Below, piece after piece: positions 23,991-36,919 of a stretch of DNA of 64,000 bases. The notes beneath the pieces were generated by a model. The model did not search any database. It had not been told where the DNA came from and saw only the letters and a list, made by a program, of their open reading frames with translations. The DNA comes from Mobula birostris (lineage: Eukaryota), in contig NC_092390.1 in assembly GCF_030028105.1 (NCBI RefSeq), positions 39,972,777 through 40,036,776 on the forward strand. Direction: 5' to 3'. Numbering within the stretch: the first letter of the stretch is position 1; the number at the start of each line of letters is the position of its first letter. The position numbers and the translations under genes are program-made.

Positions 23991-25230
23991 AATGATAAAA
24001 ATAGATACTCCCTTTGTTTTATTTTGACAAGTGGCATGATATTGAAGGCCCTTCCACATTTTAAAAAATCTATTTTGATCGCCCGTTCTGATATGCGTTT
24101 CTTGAGCGAAAATTATATCGGGTTGGAATCGATTAATAATTTTAAAAGTCTACTTTCGCTTAATTGGATGATTCCAGCCATGTATGTTCCAACTAATAAC
24201 ATTTATCTGTTTAACTACCATAAAATATTTTTAACACATAAATACACACATACCAAAGCAGGCTAATCAACAATGGCGGTGATAAGTATAACCATATAGA
24301 AAACACGCATGCTCCGGAACTCCGTAATGGGAAAAAATACAATAAAAAAAACTAAAGTTAATCCTACAATGAAACCTATAGTTCAAAACTAACCCCAATC
24401 CTCCCACCATCCCAAAAGCCAGAAATCCGGCAAAGAAAAAGAAAAAGCCGGAATGTGACCTCATAGAAAAATAAAAAAGAAACAGAACTCCGCGAGCTGC
24501 CCAATTTATAATAATGCTTTTAAAAGTTTTCCTTAATTCCGCCCCCCTTTGCAAAAAAAAGCACACAGCCCTAAAATAAGAAAGCCCTTCAGAGGAAAAA
24601 AAAAGATGTTTATGCTTAATCATTAAAAATATACTGGGGAATGCAAAAACAATCTCCAAAGACATCAAAACAATAAAATTAAACCTAAACAAAAAGAAAA
24701 ATGTCTATGTAATCTCTGACGAAGAAAAATCGGCGCCATTATCCCTTTGACTTACTGCCCAATAAAAAACTGTTTTTAGAAGAAAAACTGAGAGTAATTA
24801 TCTATCTACTAAGCACTCCTCGCTATATATATATATAAAAGACCTTATAAACTATGAAAACTATCACTTAATTAATGAAGAAAAGGAAGGATAAAAGCAA
24901 ACAATCAAACCAGTTAACAATCTGTTCGCTGTGTTAATCCACTCAGTATACCAAACAGATTTCGGAAAAGTCATTCATCAGTCAAATCAAGAAGTTCACA
25001 TCTTCTTTAAATGGTCCATCTTCAACATATCAGAAATCTTCAAAGCTTGTTTTCTTTCAGAAAATTATTCAGAAGACCTAATGCCATTCAAACCTCAGCC
25101 ACCTCCAAAATAGAATTAACATAGTCCAATGCCCCTTTGGGATCCAGAAAAACACGTGGATCGGAACCTTTAGGAAATAATTTTAATCGGGCTGGATAGC
25201 GAAGTGATGGAAATAGTGCCTTATCATGGG
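23991..25230 (-). mobile_element. Internal L1 fragment: ORF1 C-terminus, ~870-bp inter-ORF spacer, ORF2 endonuclease N-terminus
   Basis: Minus strand FPSLRYPARLKLFPKGSDPRVFLDPKGALDYV...EV* (stop 25090-25088); ORF2 from ATG 24221: MVVKQINVISWNIHGWNHPIKRK*TFKIINRFQPDIIFAQETHIR...KTKGVSIFI (APE-type endonuclease motifs, in-frame TAG at 24152-24150). Confidence 0.88.
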
Positions 25231-25964
25231 GTATCTTCATAGCTGGAACAAACGTGAGGACCCAAAAATATCAAGTACCTGAATTCCTTGCTTGTTTGCA
25301 GAAGGAACTCATTAATATCAGAATCTCCAATGTTCTAAGACACAGCAAAAATCACCTTGAGGCACAGACTACCCCGCGATGGAAGAAAGAGCACTTGTTT
25401 GATCCTGACCTGCACCAGAATCATAGAATCAAAGCATGGAAACACTGATTATTAATGCACAGAATTGTCCTTCATGTGAACATATGGAGGGAGATGTCAA
25501 AAAGATATTCTTGGGCTAAGATGGTGACAGACTTGGCAAGTGGTTGCCCAGATTCTGTGTACTAATGCAGCATTATGGCTGGGGTATTAGGGATATGGCC
25601 ACCCACACAAATCATTAAATTTGGGATATTTTCCAGATGGGCCAGTTCCATCAACAGGAGAGGATTAAAAGTCCAGGGATTTTCTGTTCACAATTCTATC
25701 ACAGATGAAGACCAAGGTAAAATTTAACTGGTCCCAACTGAAGAAACGTGTATTTATCTAGATAGATAGATAAATACTATACTGATCCCAAAGGAAATGA
25801 CAGTATCTCAGTAGCATTGTAAGTGCATTCTATTCCATGTATGTGGAAATGCTCATATGTATCCATCACTGGGATTGGGTATAAAATAGGTGGGGAATCC
25901 ACAAGAGACATTTTTTCATCTGGATCAATCTGAATTCCGGCAAAAAATCAGGAATGCTGAATGA

Positions 25965-26245
25965 TTATTTATTTATGCATTTATTGAGATACAGCGTGGA
26001 ATAGACCCTCCCGGCCCTTTGCGCCACGTTGCCCAGCAATCCCCCGATTTAATCCTAGTCTAATCACAGGACAATTTACAATGATCAATTAACCTACCAA
26101 CCTGCACATCATTGCACTGTGGGAGGAAACCAGAGCACCCAGAAGAAATCCACGCAGTGACGGGGAGAACGTACAAACTCCTTGCAGGCAGCAGTGGGAA
26201 TAGAACCCAGGTCGCCTATACTGTAAAGCATTGAGCTAGCCAATG
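25965..26245 (-). mobile_element. tRNA-derived SINE (V-SINE/HE1-like)
   Basis: GTGGGAGGAAACCAGAGCACCCAGAAGAAATCCACGCAG...GGGAGAACGTACAAACTCC core on + strand; reversed B-box-like GAATAGAACCC; recurs at ~35510, 49770, 57103, 63010. Confidence 0.7.
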
Positions 26246-27859
26246 TTGTTTGTCAAGTGTGATGTATGAGTAAGTAAAAACGTTTAACAGAAGTGGCATC
26301 TCACTGCAGTGATCTTCACCCATTTTCAACACCATATGACAGCTATTTCACCAGCATTAAACAGCGCGGTCAATCCATCTCTTTTACCGATCCCCTCTCT
26401 CTGTTTTTGTGCCAAAGAGCAAAAAACATCAAACACCCATTTTGCCCAATCTGCTTCCTGCAATTGTAAAAGGACATTAAAAATGAGCTTCAATATTGCT
26501 GTGCTAGTAACGCTTATTCAGGGCAGGACTTTGTGAGTCCCACTGGATTTCTGTCCATCAGCTTTTGTGAGACGATATTTAAAAAAAGGTCAAGGATAAT
26601 CCCTGTATATTATCTCTTTGAGGAGCTGGAAACTGGATATTTTGGCTGTTTACTGTTTTCCAGAGCTGTATATTTGGCAACTTACACAAAATTGTGAACA
26701 TCTACTTTGGCACTCTCTGATGCCACTTAATAAATTTAGTTTTTTATTTTCCTATTTATGACAGCGAATACACCTGAGAAATGCATCAGCTACAAGTGTT
26801 CTAGGATTGAAGGGCTTTCTAACTCTGTAGTTACTCTGCACTCTGCCTATGCTTAGGACCTGTCTTGACATGAGAGTTACCTTCAGCCCCTCTGCTGCAT
26901 CTCCTATATCAACACCTCTCCAGAATTTGTTAGAAAGGAAGGAAGTCTTCACCACTACCTTTACCTCACATTTTCTCCAAGGATATGCAAGCTTTTACAC
27001 AAGAAAAGATTCTTCCTCAAGTTAACTGATAAAACCACTCTACTCCCTGTGTAATGAGCAGTATTCCTTCAAGAACTCATGTCTTCTCCAGTTCTTCACT
27101 TTATCCAGCCTTCATTGTTAACTCACATGAAGAATTTGAAATCACCTTAGGGACTGACCTCAAAATTTTCACTAGATCTTCAAATTGAGAAAAGTTGGCT
27201 CCAAATACAAATAAACACAAATATTTAAGCACCTGTACTTGGAATGTTTCTCAAAATGATACCTCTGCATCACTTAGTACAGAAAGAGTCTTTCTACCTG
27301 ACTATGAAATTCAATGGCATGTCTATCATTAAGTTTCTTGTGATTAACATGCAGGATGATTCACTTGACCTGAAAACCACATTAATACTGTGGCCAAATC
27401 AGGAGCTTCCATGAGGGACTCTCTCCACATTTTCCCAAAGTCCTTCCATCATCGACAAGACACAAACTAGCTGTGAGATGGAATACTTCCACTAACGTGG
27501 ATTAGTGCAACTCAAGCAATGCTCAGGAATCACAATACTTTTCAGAACAAACTGACTGTTTGATTGGCAGGCCTACCCATTGCTAAACATTTAAGTTCCT
27601 TGGCATACATATCACTGAGGATCTCACATGGTCTGTATATACTGACTGTGTGGTGAAAAAGGCAAAACACCTCTTTCAGCTCAGATGATTGAAGAAGTTT
27701 GGTATTGAATTGAATTGAATTGAATGATCTTTATTGTCATTATACATAGGTACAATGAAACTCTGTTTGGCTTCCTCTGAGGCAATTAAATAAAGCAGTA
27801 GATAAAAACAAGACAGTAATAGAAAAACAGTATGAAATAGATAAGTAGCAGAAAATAAG

Positions 27860-28420
27860 TTGCAGCAGCACCAGAATATCACAGTAATGCACAAAGTGCC
27901 GTTACTGCAAGTATTTGAGTCCTTGTGTGTGAGCCCCCAAATCCTAAGAACCTTCTACAGGGGCACAGTTGAGAGCATCCTGACTGGCTGCATCACGGCC
28001 TGGTATGGGAACTGTACTTCCCTCAATCACAGGACTCTGCAGGGAGTGGTGTGGACAGCCCAGCACATCTGTAGATGTGAACTTCCCACTATTCAGGACA
28101 TTTACAAAGACAGGTGTGTAAAAAGGGCCCGAAGGATCATTGGAGACTTGAGTCACCCCAACTGCTACCATCCGGGAAACGGTACCGCAGCAGAAGAGCC
28201 AGGGCCAACATGCTCCGGGACAGCTTCTTCCACCAGGCCATCAGACTGATTAATTCATGCTGATACAATTGTATTTCTATGTTATATTGACTGTCCTATT
28301 GTACATACTATTATAAATTACTATAAATTGCACATTGGACATTTAGACGGAGATGTAATATAAAGATTTTTACTTCTCATGTATATGAAGAGTACAAGTA
28401 ATAAAGTCAATTCAATTCAA
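27860..28420 (+). mobile_element. Rex1/Babar-type LINE 3' fragment
   Basis: ORF 27860-28249 SPQILRTFYRGTVESILTGCITAWYGNC; AATAAAGTCAATTCAATTC tail. Confidence 0.85.
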
Positions 28421-28554
28421 TAATTCAAATTCACATTCAGATTTCTTTATCACATGTACATCAAAACATACAATAAAATGTCATTTGTGTTAATTATCAG
28501 CATTCCCAAGGATGCCAATCATGAGAAGGTCTGCCGATGAGGAAATCCAAATCA

Positions 28555-28741
28555 ACACACACAAATGCTGGAGTAACTCAGCAGGTCAGGCAGCATCAAT
28601 GGAAAAGAGTAAACAGTTGAAGTTTCAGGACGAGACCCTTCATCAGGACTAATGAAGAATCTCAGCCCAAAACATCGACTGCTTACTCTTTCCCATAGAT
28701 GCTGCCTGGCCTGCTGAGTTCCTCCAGCATTTGTGTGTGTT
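28555..28741. repeat. Inverted repeat made of two opposed Penelope pLTR fragments
   Basis: Left arm 28555-28646 is the reverse complement of right arm 28650-28741 with scattered mismatches; flanked by CCCAAGGA at 28505 and 28745. Confidence 0.9.
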
Positions 28742-29029
28742 ATACCCAAGGACGTACTGGGGCAGTCATACATCCTGCTGTCAACATTGCATACCCACAG
28801 AGTTGAGCAGAACAAAATAGAATGCAAAAAAATACAACACACCAAGCAACACAGCAAAGCAAGCCCCTTTCCTCCCTCTTCCCACCCACGCATAACCCCT
28901 GGAGAAGCCGTCTTTGGTCTCCAGCCTCCAGTGGACTTATGCATTTGCAGACATTGGGACTTTGACTTTCCCTGTGGACTTGCAGAAACTCAAGTCATTA
29001 AGGCTCCGGCCATTGAGCCTAGACTTCTG

Positions 29030-29470
29030 AATTTGAATTTGAATTTATTTAAATCTTACATCCATCCCACAATGTGAGGGAGTAAAAATCTTTGCGTTAT
29101 GACCCAGTCACAGTCTACAGATATGTGAATTTATAAGTCTTATGGCTCGTAGAAAGAAGCTGCCCCATAGCCTGTTGGTCCTGGCTTTAATGTTGCGGTA
29201 CCGTTTACCAGACGAAAGCAGCTGAAACAGTTTATGGTTGGGGTGACTGGTGTCCCTGATAGTCTTCTTTACGCACCTGCTGCTGTAAATGTCCTCAGTG
29301 GAGAGAAGTTCACATCCACTGATGTGCTGGTCTGTCCGTACCACTCTCTGCAGTGCCCAGCGATCAAGGTTGGTGCAGTTCCCATACTAGGCAGTGATAC
29401 AGCCAGTCAGGATGCTCTCAATGGTGCCCCATAGAAGTTCTTGAAGATTCAGGGGTTCATGCTGAACTTC
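29030..29470 (-). mobile_element. Rex1/Babar-type LINE 3' fragment
   Basis: Minus ORF 29108-29344 CELLSTEDIYSSRCVKK...HPNHKLFQLLSSGKRYR. Confidence 0.8.
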
Positions 29471-30199
29471 TTCAGTGGCCTCTGGGATTGTAGTGACGAG
29501 GAGGATCAGTGAACCACAGCTAACTCAAGCAAAATCAACACAAGATCACTGTAGAACAATGTAACTAGTTGGAAAGTATCTAACTGAGCCTTCAAAATCC
29601 TTGAGCAAGAACCCCTGTAGTTATCATCAACTCCAGCCATATCCTATCCAAGTGAGGCACATAATTTGTGCTTGGCAGATGTATTCTCTTATCTAAGTGG
29701 GGAAATCTTTGGTATCACAGAGACACAAGATTTGGCAAGTGCTAGAATCTGGAGCAAAAAGCAAACTACTGAAGAAACTCAACGGGCTGAACACCTGTGG
29801 GGGGAAATGTCTTTGACATCCACGTTCTTCATACAGCTAGAAAACCTGATAACTGCTTGTCACTATGGGAGAGAATGATTTCAGCCCCCAACCATGCCTT
29901 TGCCAACCTCACAGGCCATCTTGGGGCATTTTCCCATGCAACCACACAGGAAATGAAGTAGTTGTCCTTTCACCTCATCCATTCCTAACATCCAGAGAGA
30001 CAAACTGCCTTTTTAAGTGAATCAGCAAATTGATTTAAATTTCTTCCAGTCTTGATTACTGCATCTGGTGTTCACAAATAGAGAAACCAGTCACAAATTG
30101 GGTGATCTCCTTTGGAGCACCTGCTGTCTGTTTGTAGAATGACCCTGTGATTCCAATTTCCTGCTTCTGTAAATCTCCAAACCTCTTTCACCACCCTCT

Positions 30200-31220
30200 C
30201 TCTCTTCCCATCCGGACAATGGCGCCTCATTAGCCAGGCTGCTATTTATAGGCTTCAGTTCAGCGGTTAACACCATCATACCCCAGAAAATAGTGGGGAA
30301 ACTGTTCTCACTGGTTGTCAACACCGCCATCTGTAACTGGATTTTGAGCTTCTTAACGGAAAGGCCACAGTCAGTCCTTGTGGGCAGCAACACCTTTAGT
30401 CTCATCATGCTGAGCACTGGTGTTCTCTGAGGCTGTGCGCTCAGCCTGCGACTGTTCACACTGCTGACGCACGATTGCGTCGCAGGATTCAGCTCAAACT
30501 GTGTCATCAAGTTTGCGGATGACAGAACAGTGGTTGGCGTCATCAACAACGAAGATGAGTTGGAGTACAGGGAGAAAGTGGAACGGCTGGTAGACTGATC
30601 TGAGAACAGCCTATGTCTGAATGTCTAGAAGACCGAGGAAATCATTGTAGACTTCAGGAAGGTGCAGGTGAACCTTTCCCCTCTGTGTCTACATGTCTCC
30701 TCCGGAGAGAGAGTTAAGTGCACCACATTCCTGGGAATTCACGTCACGCCTCACCTGGTCCCTCAACATTGCCTTGCTGAGTAAGAAGGCACAGCAGCGC
30801 TTCCACTTCCTAAGGAGATTGACGCAAGTGTGACAACCCCCACCATCTTAACTGAATTTTACAAGAGCACCATTGAGAACATTATGAGAAGCTGCTTCTC
30901 CATCTGATAAGGGCGCAGCCAAGCATTGGACCAGAAGTCCTGACAACGGACTGTGAGACTGACAGAGAGGATCATTGGGGTTTCCCGACCATTCATCAGG
31001 GACATTTATCGGGAGTGTTGCATACACAAGCCCTTAGTATTATCAAGGATCCCATCCATCCATCCTGCATCCTCTTTGTCTTTCTTCTATCAGGCAGGAG
31101 ACTCCAATGCATAAAAACAAGCGCGTTCAGTGTGGGAAACAGTTTCTTCCCTCAGGCCATTAGGCTTCTGAACTCGCAGATCAGATTGAAAAGTTCAGGG
31201 TGTGGGAGCCAGAGGTGAGG
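30200..31220 (+). mobile_element. Rex1/Babar-type RT and C-terminal fragment
   Basis: ATCTGTAACTGGATTTTGAGCTTC, AAGTTTGCGGATGACAGAACAGTGG, and IIKDPIHPS...GNSFFPQAIRLLN. Confidence 0.8.
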
Positions 31221-32706
31221 TTTCTAGTCTCTGCTCCGTGAGTTCTCCTCAACTCTGCACTGAAATTCAGCTTACTGCTCCACAAGGTTTACTCATCTCA
31301 GCACCGAACTGTGGCTGTGGCCTGCAACTATCACAGTGTGGACTCAATTTCATGAACTTCAGTTCTGAATGCTATTTGCTTACTTTCATTGTGTGCACAT
31401 TTTGTTTTGTCTCTGTACATTGGATGTATGATGGTCTTTTGTTTTAATGCATTCTATTGGGTTTCTTTGTTTAGTAGCTGCCTGTAAGACGACGAATCTC
31501 AAAGTTGTGTAAAGTACACATACTTTGGTAATAACTGCACTTTGACGTTGAGTTGACCCTGCCGCATTGCATTTGAGGTGTCACCAGTTAATCTGTTCTA
31601 TACCTGACAATATTTAATTTAAGCACTTTACTTTATTTGTGCATAATTCATCTGTAGATTTCATCCTTCCTTTCCTAGATATTGTGTGTTATATGTGTGT
31701 TATGTACTATATACTACTGAACTTTACACCCCGGATCAGGGAAATATTGCCTCATTTGACAGTATTATTAAATGACAATAAACTTGACTTGACTGTAGCT
31801 TTCTGAACTGTTATAATGAGGCCTCATGCAAGCATTTTCCATTAGGACATCATTTGATACTAATCATTGGACTCTAATTTTATGCTTATTCCATTTTATT
31901 CTCCCCATATTCCCATCAACTGCCCCCAGCTTCTGCCTCGCAGTAAAGGCAGTTTATAATGGCTAGTTAAACTACCATTATAACTAGCCATGTGCACTAC
32001 CAATGTGCACATCTCTAGGTCGTAGATTGAAATGTAGCAACCAGAATAAAACAACACTAAAGTTCAGAAGTTCCAAGTATATATATTATCAAACAATGTA
32101 TACTACCTACAACCTTGAGATTTATCTTGAGATTCAGACTATAGGAGAACATGCCAACTCCATACAAATAAAACCTGAGGTCAGAATTACTGAAGCTATG
32201 AAATAGCAGGTCATGGAAATCACCTGCAGGCCAAAAATATCTACAGAAATGTTGCCCTTCTGTGATTTTTCAGTGAGTTCTACTTGTCTCTTAATGAAGC
32301 AGTGAACTTCCATGGATTCATGGGGAGTTGGATACTTTCCAGAAAAAATGTTAACTGTACTTTTTTCCTCATTTCTCTAGATATAAGCAGAGTGAATAAA
32401 CTTGACAAACATTCAAAACATTCCTTCAGTAATGTAATATTTTAAGTACTGCAGAACATAGAAATGTAGAGAAAAATAATTAATAAAACGTAAGGAGATG
32501 TAAGCCTTTCAATCAGTGACAAACACGGAAGTAAATTTGAAAAATGAACCTAGCTGGTAAAAAATAAGACAGTTCTAATTTTGGAAATGCTGAGAGAGGG
32601 GTAATTTAGTGAGTAAACAATACTGGCAGCAAGCTTCACAGGCACCCAATCTTTTGTCCATTATTTTAGAAATTGTACAGGGTTGTGTTCATTATGCATG
32701 ATAATT

Positions 32707-32850
32707 TGAGTCCCGAAGAAGGGTCTTGGCCCAAAATGCCGACTGCTTATTCATTTCCAAAGATGCTGCCTGAATTGCTGAGTTCCTCCAGCATTTGTGT
32801 GTGTTGCTCTGGATTGCCAGCATTTGCAGAATTTCTCTTGTTTGTGGTAA
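32707..32850 (+). mobile_element. Penelope-like pLTR fragment
   Basis: AGTCCCGAAGAAGGGTCTTGGCCCAAAATGCCGACTG (degenerate hammerhead) plus GATGCTGCCTGAATTGCTGAGTTCC. Confidence 0.65.
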
Positions 32851-33554
32851 TTTTAGTGCTTTTCTGTTTATAGTCTTGATAGAGTGAAAGGATAGCAAGG
32901 TATTTGTCCCCTTCCTCAGTTTCCCAGCAGATGTTAGGAATACCTGGTGAGCTGCAACTGATGTGAGTCCAAGTCATTGTTAGTTTTGTGTCAGTGGATC
33001 AGTGTCTATGTCCGTGATGTGGCTGAGCTGACCCATCAACTTCACCATTTAACCCATTGAAATTAACATCCCCCAAAGGGTTTACCCTATTACAGACTCA
33101 GACATTGGAGTTTAATTCTAAAGAGTTTGAGGACAAATGTTTGTAGAGTTTTGTTATCAATTACCATATGAAGATATTCTGCCGTGTGAGGTTAGTATCT
33201 TCATTGCATACCTCATTTTATCGCTGAAATAAAAAAAAAAATCCTTCTGACTGCACATTATGAAGCTGTGTTTAAGGATGACATTTTCAAAGTATTTGAG
33301 GTAGGCAGTGACTTATGATGGTTTCATATCCATATGCAAGGCCACCCATCACTTACACAGAACAAACAAAATCAGCTTTTGTTCCTTTGTCCAGTGCAAA
33401 ACTAAAACTCTAAAGTAGTAAATGATTAATATCAACAGGAAAGAAATGTTACTTATTCAGGAATTGTAGGTAATTACCTTCAAACCTTTTAGGAAATCTA
33501 GCACCATTGAAATGGTGTTAGACAATGTCTGTTACGGGGAAATTATTACAAAAT

Positions 33555-34200
33555 ATTCAAGTCAAGTCAAGTCAAGTCACTTTTTATTGTCATTTCAACC
33601 ATAACTGCTGGTACAGAACATAGTAAAAATGAGACAACGTTTTCCAGGACCATACTGCTACATGAAACAATGCAAAAACTACACTGAACTACATAAGAAA
33701 AAAACACAAAAACTACGCTAGACTACAGACCTATCCAGGACTGCATAAAGTGCACAAAACAGTGCAGACACTACAATAAATAATAATAAACAAGACAGTA
33801 TAGTAGGTTGGTGTCAAGCCAGGCTTGGGGGAAGAAACTGTTACATAGTCTGGTTGTGAGAGCTCGAATGCTTTGGTGTCTTTTTCCAGATGGCAGGAGG
33901 GAGAAGAGTTTATATGAGGGGTGCATGGGATCCTTCATAACGCTGTTTACTTTGTGGATGCAGCGTGTGGTGTAAATGTCTGTGATGGCGAGAAGAGAGA
34001 CCCCGATGATCTTCTCAGCTGACCTCACTATCAGTTGCAGGGTCTTGTGATCCAAGATGGTGCAATTTCTGAACCAGGCAGTGATGCAGCTGCTCAGGAT
34101 GCTCTCAATACAATCTCTGTAGAATGTGGTGAGGATGGGGGGTGGGAGATGGACTTTTCTCAGCCTTTGCAGAAAGTAGAGATGCTGAAATTTCTTGACA
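33555..34200 (-). mobile_element. Rex1/Babar-type LINE 3' end
   Basis: Minus ORF 33771-34244 LYFLQRLRKVHLPPPILTTFYRDCIESILSSCITAWF; (CAAGT)n tail at ~33558-33578. Confidence 0.85.
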
Positions 34201-35779
34201 ATGAAATGGGAGGTTAAAGAACCATTTCCCATGGATTGTAGCACTGTAAGCCTACAAGATAGCAGATTGGTGACTTCAATGAGTTATTACAGCAAAGTGT
34301 AGAAAAATGTTAATGTGTTTATTGGCAAAGTGTCAACTGATACTTTCTCCTCTCTTATTAAATTTATTGATCATGAATGACAATTTGACAAACAGGATGC
34401 ACATCAAAACTGTGATCAAATTTTCAGCTTTTTTTTTGCTAAGCAGAGAAAATGATGATGTTTCAAGCTACAAATATAATTATCTCTAGCTCTGAGTCAA
34501 GAGATTATGACTTTGAAATGACGGTATGACTAACTGTTGGAGCAAAGTGACAGGAAGAGAGACCTTGCTGCATTTATTAAAATTGATTGAAGGATAATGG
34601 GCTGAATTTTAATGTTTAGAAGTTTGGGAGACTTTGGGAAGGGTTAGTACCCATGAAAGTGACAATATCAGAAAGCTGATCCCAAATTGCTGACTTCCAC
34701 AGTTAACTGTAGCAAATTAGGTTGCTTTCATGTAACCCCTTGGGGGAGGGCGGATGTCAATTTTAATAGGTTAATTGGTCAATTACAAAGAAAATTATCA
34801 TGGTTTTACAATTTAGGGGGTGGGTTCTTGGTCTGTTGAAGTTTTCCTGAAATTCACCTGTGAAGCAATGTGTGAAAACTACAGCCATTAAGAAGGCATG
34901 CATCCGTGCATCCTTTGAAAGGATTTGTTTGTATGTTCTGAGGTTATTTGATAATTTCGCAATTCTAGGGAATTGTATTAATAATCTTTGCAATAGAGCT
35001 CTGATATATCTAATCAAATCAAGCATTCTGGCATTATTTTGCATAGAACTCTGATGTGGCATGACTTGGACATCAGATGAAAACCAAGACGATCAACAAT
35101 GCTAGCAGCAGCAGAACCACCAAGCAAGTGCATGAGGAGCAGGAATTACTCCCAGTCTCACAGATCCACAGCAGAGAAGGGAGCAACAGTGAAATGTTGC
35201 TCTTTTGAAGCCTACAGGCAGAGGAAAAGTTTCTTTAAGTCAGGCAATATGTGTAGAGCATAGGACAACCTTATATTCATCAGGTCTAAAAGTCTGATCA
35301 ACTTTGTAAGGCATGACTTGCCTTGCACAAAGCCGTGCTGATTGTACCTAAGCAGGCAATGCCTCCCTAAATGTGCATAAATGCCTTCAGTATCCTCCCC
35401 AGTAGCTTTCCTACCACTGACAAGAGGCTCAGGTGATCTTAATGACCTAGATTATCCCTATTTCCTTTCTTGAACAAAGGCACAATATTTGCTGCATTCC
35501 ATCCCCCCTGACTATTACAGTAACAGGCTATTCCGGCCCAAAGAACTTGTGCTGGCAAATTACACTCATGTGACCAATTAATCTACTAACCCATTACATC
35601 TTTGGAATGTGGGAGGAGACTGAAGCACCAGAGGAAACCTACGCAGCCATGGGGAGTGCGGCATGAATTGAACCTGTGTCACTGGTGCTGCAGTAGCATT
35701 ATGCTAACCACTATGCCATCACGCTGCCCCCAAGTGGCATTCCTAAAACATTTTTATACCTGCATTAAAAACGTAAGGG

Positions 35780-36620
35780 TAACTAATGAAAGATTAGGGC
35801 CACTGATGGACAAAGGAGGGAGTTAATGTCTGGAGCCTAAGGAAGTGGGTGAGGTACTAAGTGAATACTTTCCATTAGTATTCACAAGGAGCAGTTCATG
35901 GAGAAGAGTGAGATCAGGGAGAGGTTTGCTAATATTCTAGGTCATGTTGAAATCGAAAAGGCAGAGACGTTAGATTCTTGAAGAGCAATATGGCTTGACG
36001 GGATCTATCCCAGACTATTGAAAGAGACTGAGAGGAGATTGCGTTGATAGAGGCTTTTGTATCCTTTTTAGTTATAGACTAAAATCCCAGAGGACTGGAT
36101 AATAGCCAATGTTGTTCCCCGTTTTAAGAGCAATGGAGACAAACCAGGAAATTATAGGTTATCGAGTCTTACGTCAATGGTAGGGAAATTATTAGAGAAG
36201 ATTCTTAGGGATAAAAATTGCTTGAAACTGGGAATGTGTAGACTTATTTGGGATAATCAATATGGAAGAGGCCATGGCTTGCAAATCTGATTGAATTTTT
36301 TGAGCAGGTAAGAGTGGCTGATTGATAAGAGTAGGGCAGTAGATGTTGTATACATGGACAAGGTTCTTCATGGTAGGCTGATCCAGAAGATTGAGGCAAA
36401 TGCGACTTTGTGACTGGTTTCAATTTGGCCTGGCCTTAGAAGACAGAAGGTAAGAGTGGAAAGGTGTTATTCTGGCTGGAGATCAGTGCTGAGAACTTTG
36501 TCGTTTGTGATAAACATCGGTGAGCTGATTCGTAAGTTTACAAATGACACAAAAGTAGACAAAAGTTGTGGATTGTAAGGAAGTTTGTCAAAGGGTTCAG
36601 CAGGATATAGACCAGTTGAT
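35780..36620 (+). mobile_element. Degraded CR1 ORF2 fragment
   Basis: GCCAATGTTGTTCCCCGTTTTAAG, AATTATAGG...AGTCTTACGTCAATGGTAGGGAAA, GTAGATGTTGTATACATGGAC. Confidence 0.7.
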
Positions 36621-36725
36621 AGGACTTCTCAGAATCAGAATCAGGTTTAATATCACCGGCTTATGTCATGAAATTTGTTGTTACGCAGCAGTAGCACATT
36701 GCAATGTGTAATAATAAAAACTGTG

Positions 36726-36919
36726 NNNNNNNNNNNNNNNNNNNNNNNNNNNNNNNNNNNNNNNNNNNNNNNNNNNNNNNNNNNNNNNNNNNNNNNNNNN
36801 NNNNNNNNNNNNNNNNNNNNNNNNNNNNNNNNNNNNNNNNNNNNNNNNNNNNNNNNNNNNNNNNNNNNNNNNNNNNNNNNNNNNNNNNNNNNNNNNNNNN
36901 NNNNNNNNNNNNNNNNNNN
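36726..36919. other. Assembly gap (194 N) inside a minus-strand Rex1-type fragment
   Basis: N run seen directly; left flank is a (AATCAG)n tail, right flank encodes HATLDHLDNTYVRLLFIDYSSAFN on the minus strand. Confidence 0.95.

Noticed and set aside
24267-24692. 141-aa hydrophobic minus-strand ORF looking like a membrane protein
   Set aside because: Lies in the T-rich L1 inter-ORF spacer; the Phe/Leu richness is compositional
31953-32010. Overlapping alternative hairpins (ATGGCTAGTT / AACTAGCCAT; TATAATGG / CCATTATA)
   Set aside because: Embedded in a decayed V-SINE-like fragment; best explained as a template-switch scar
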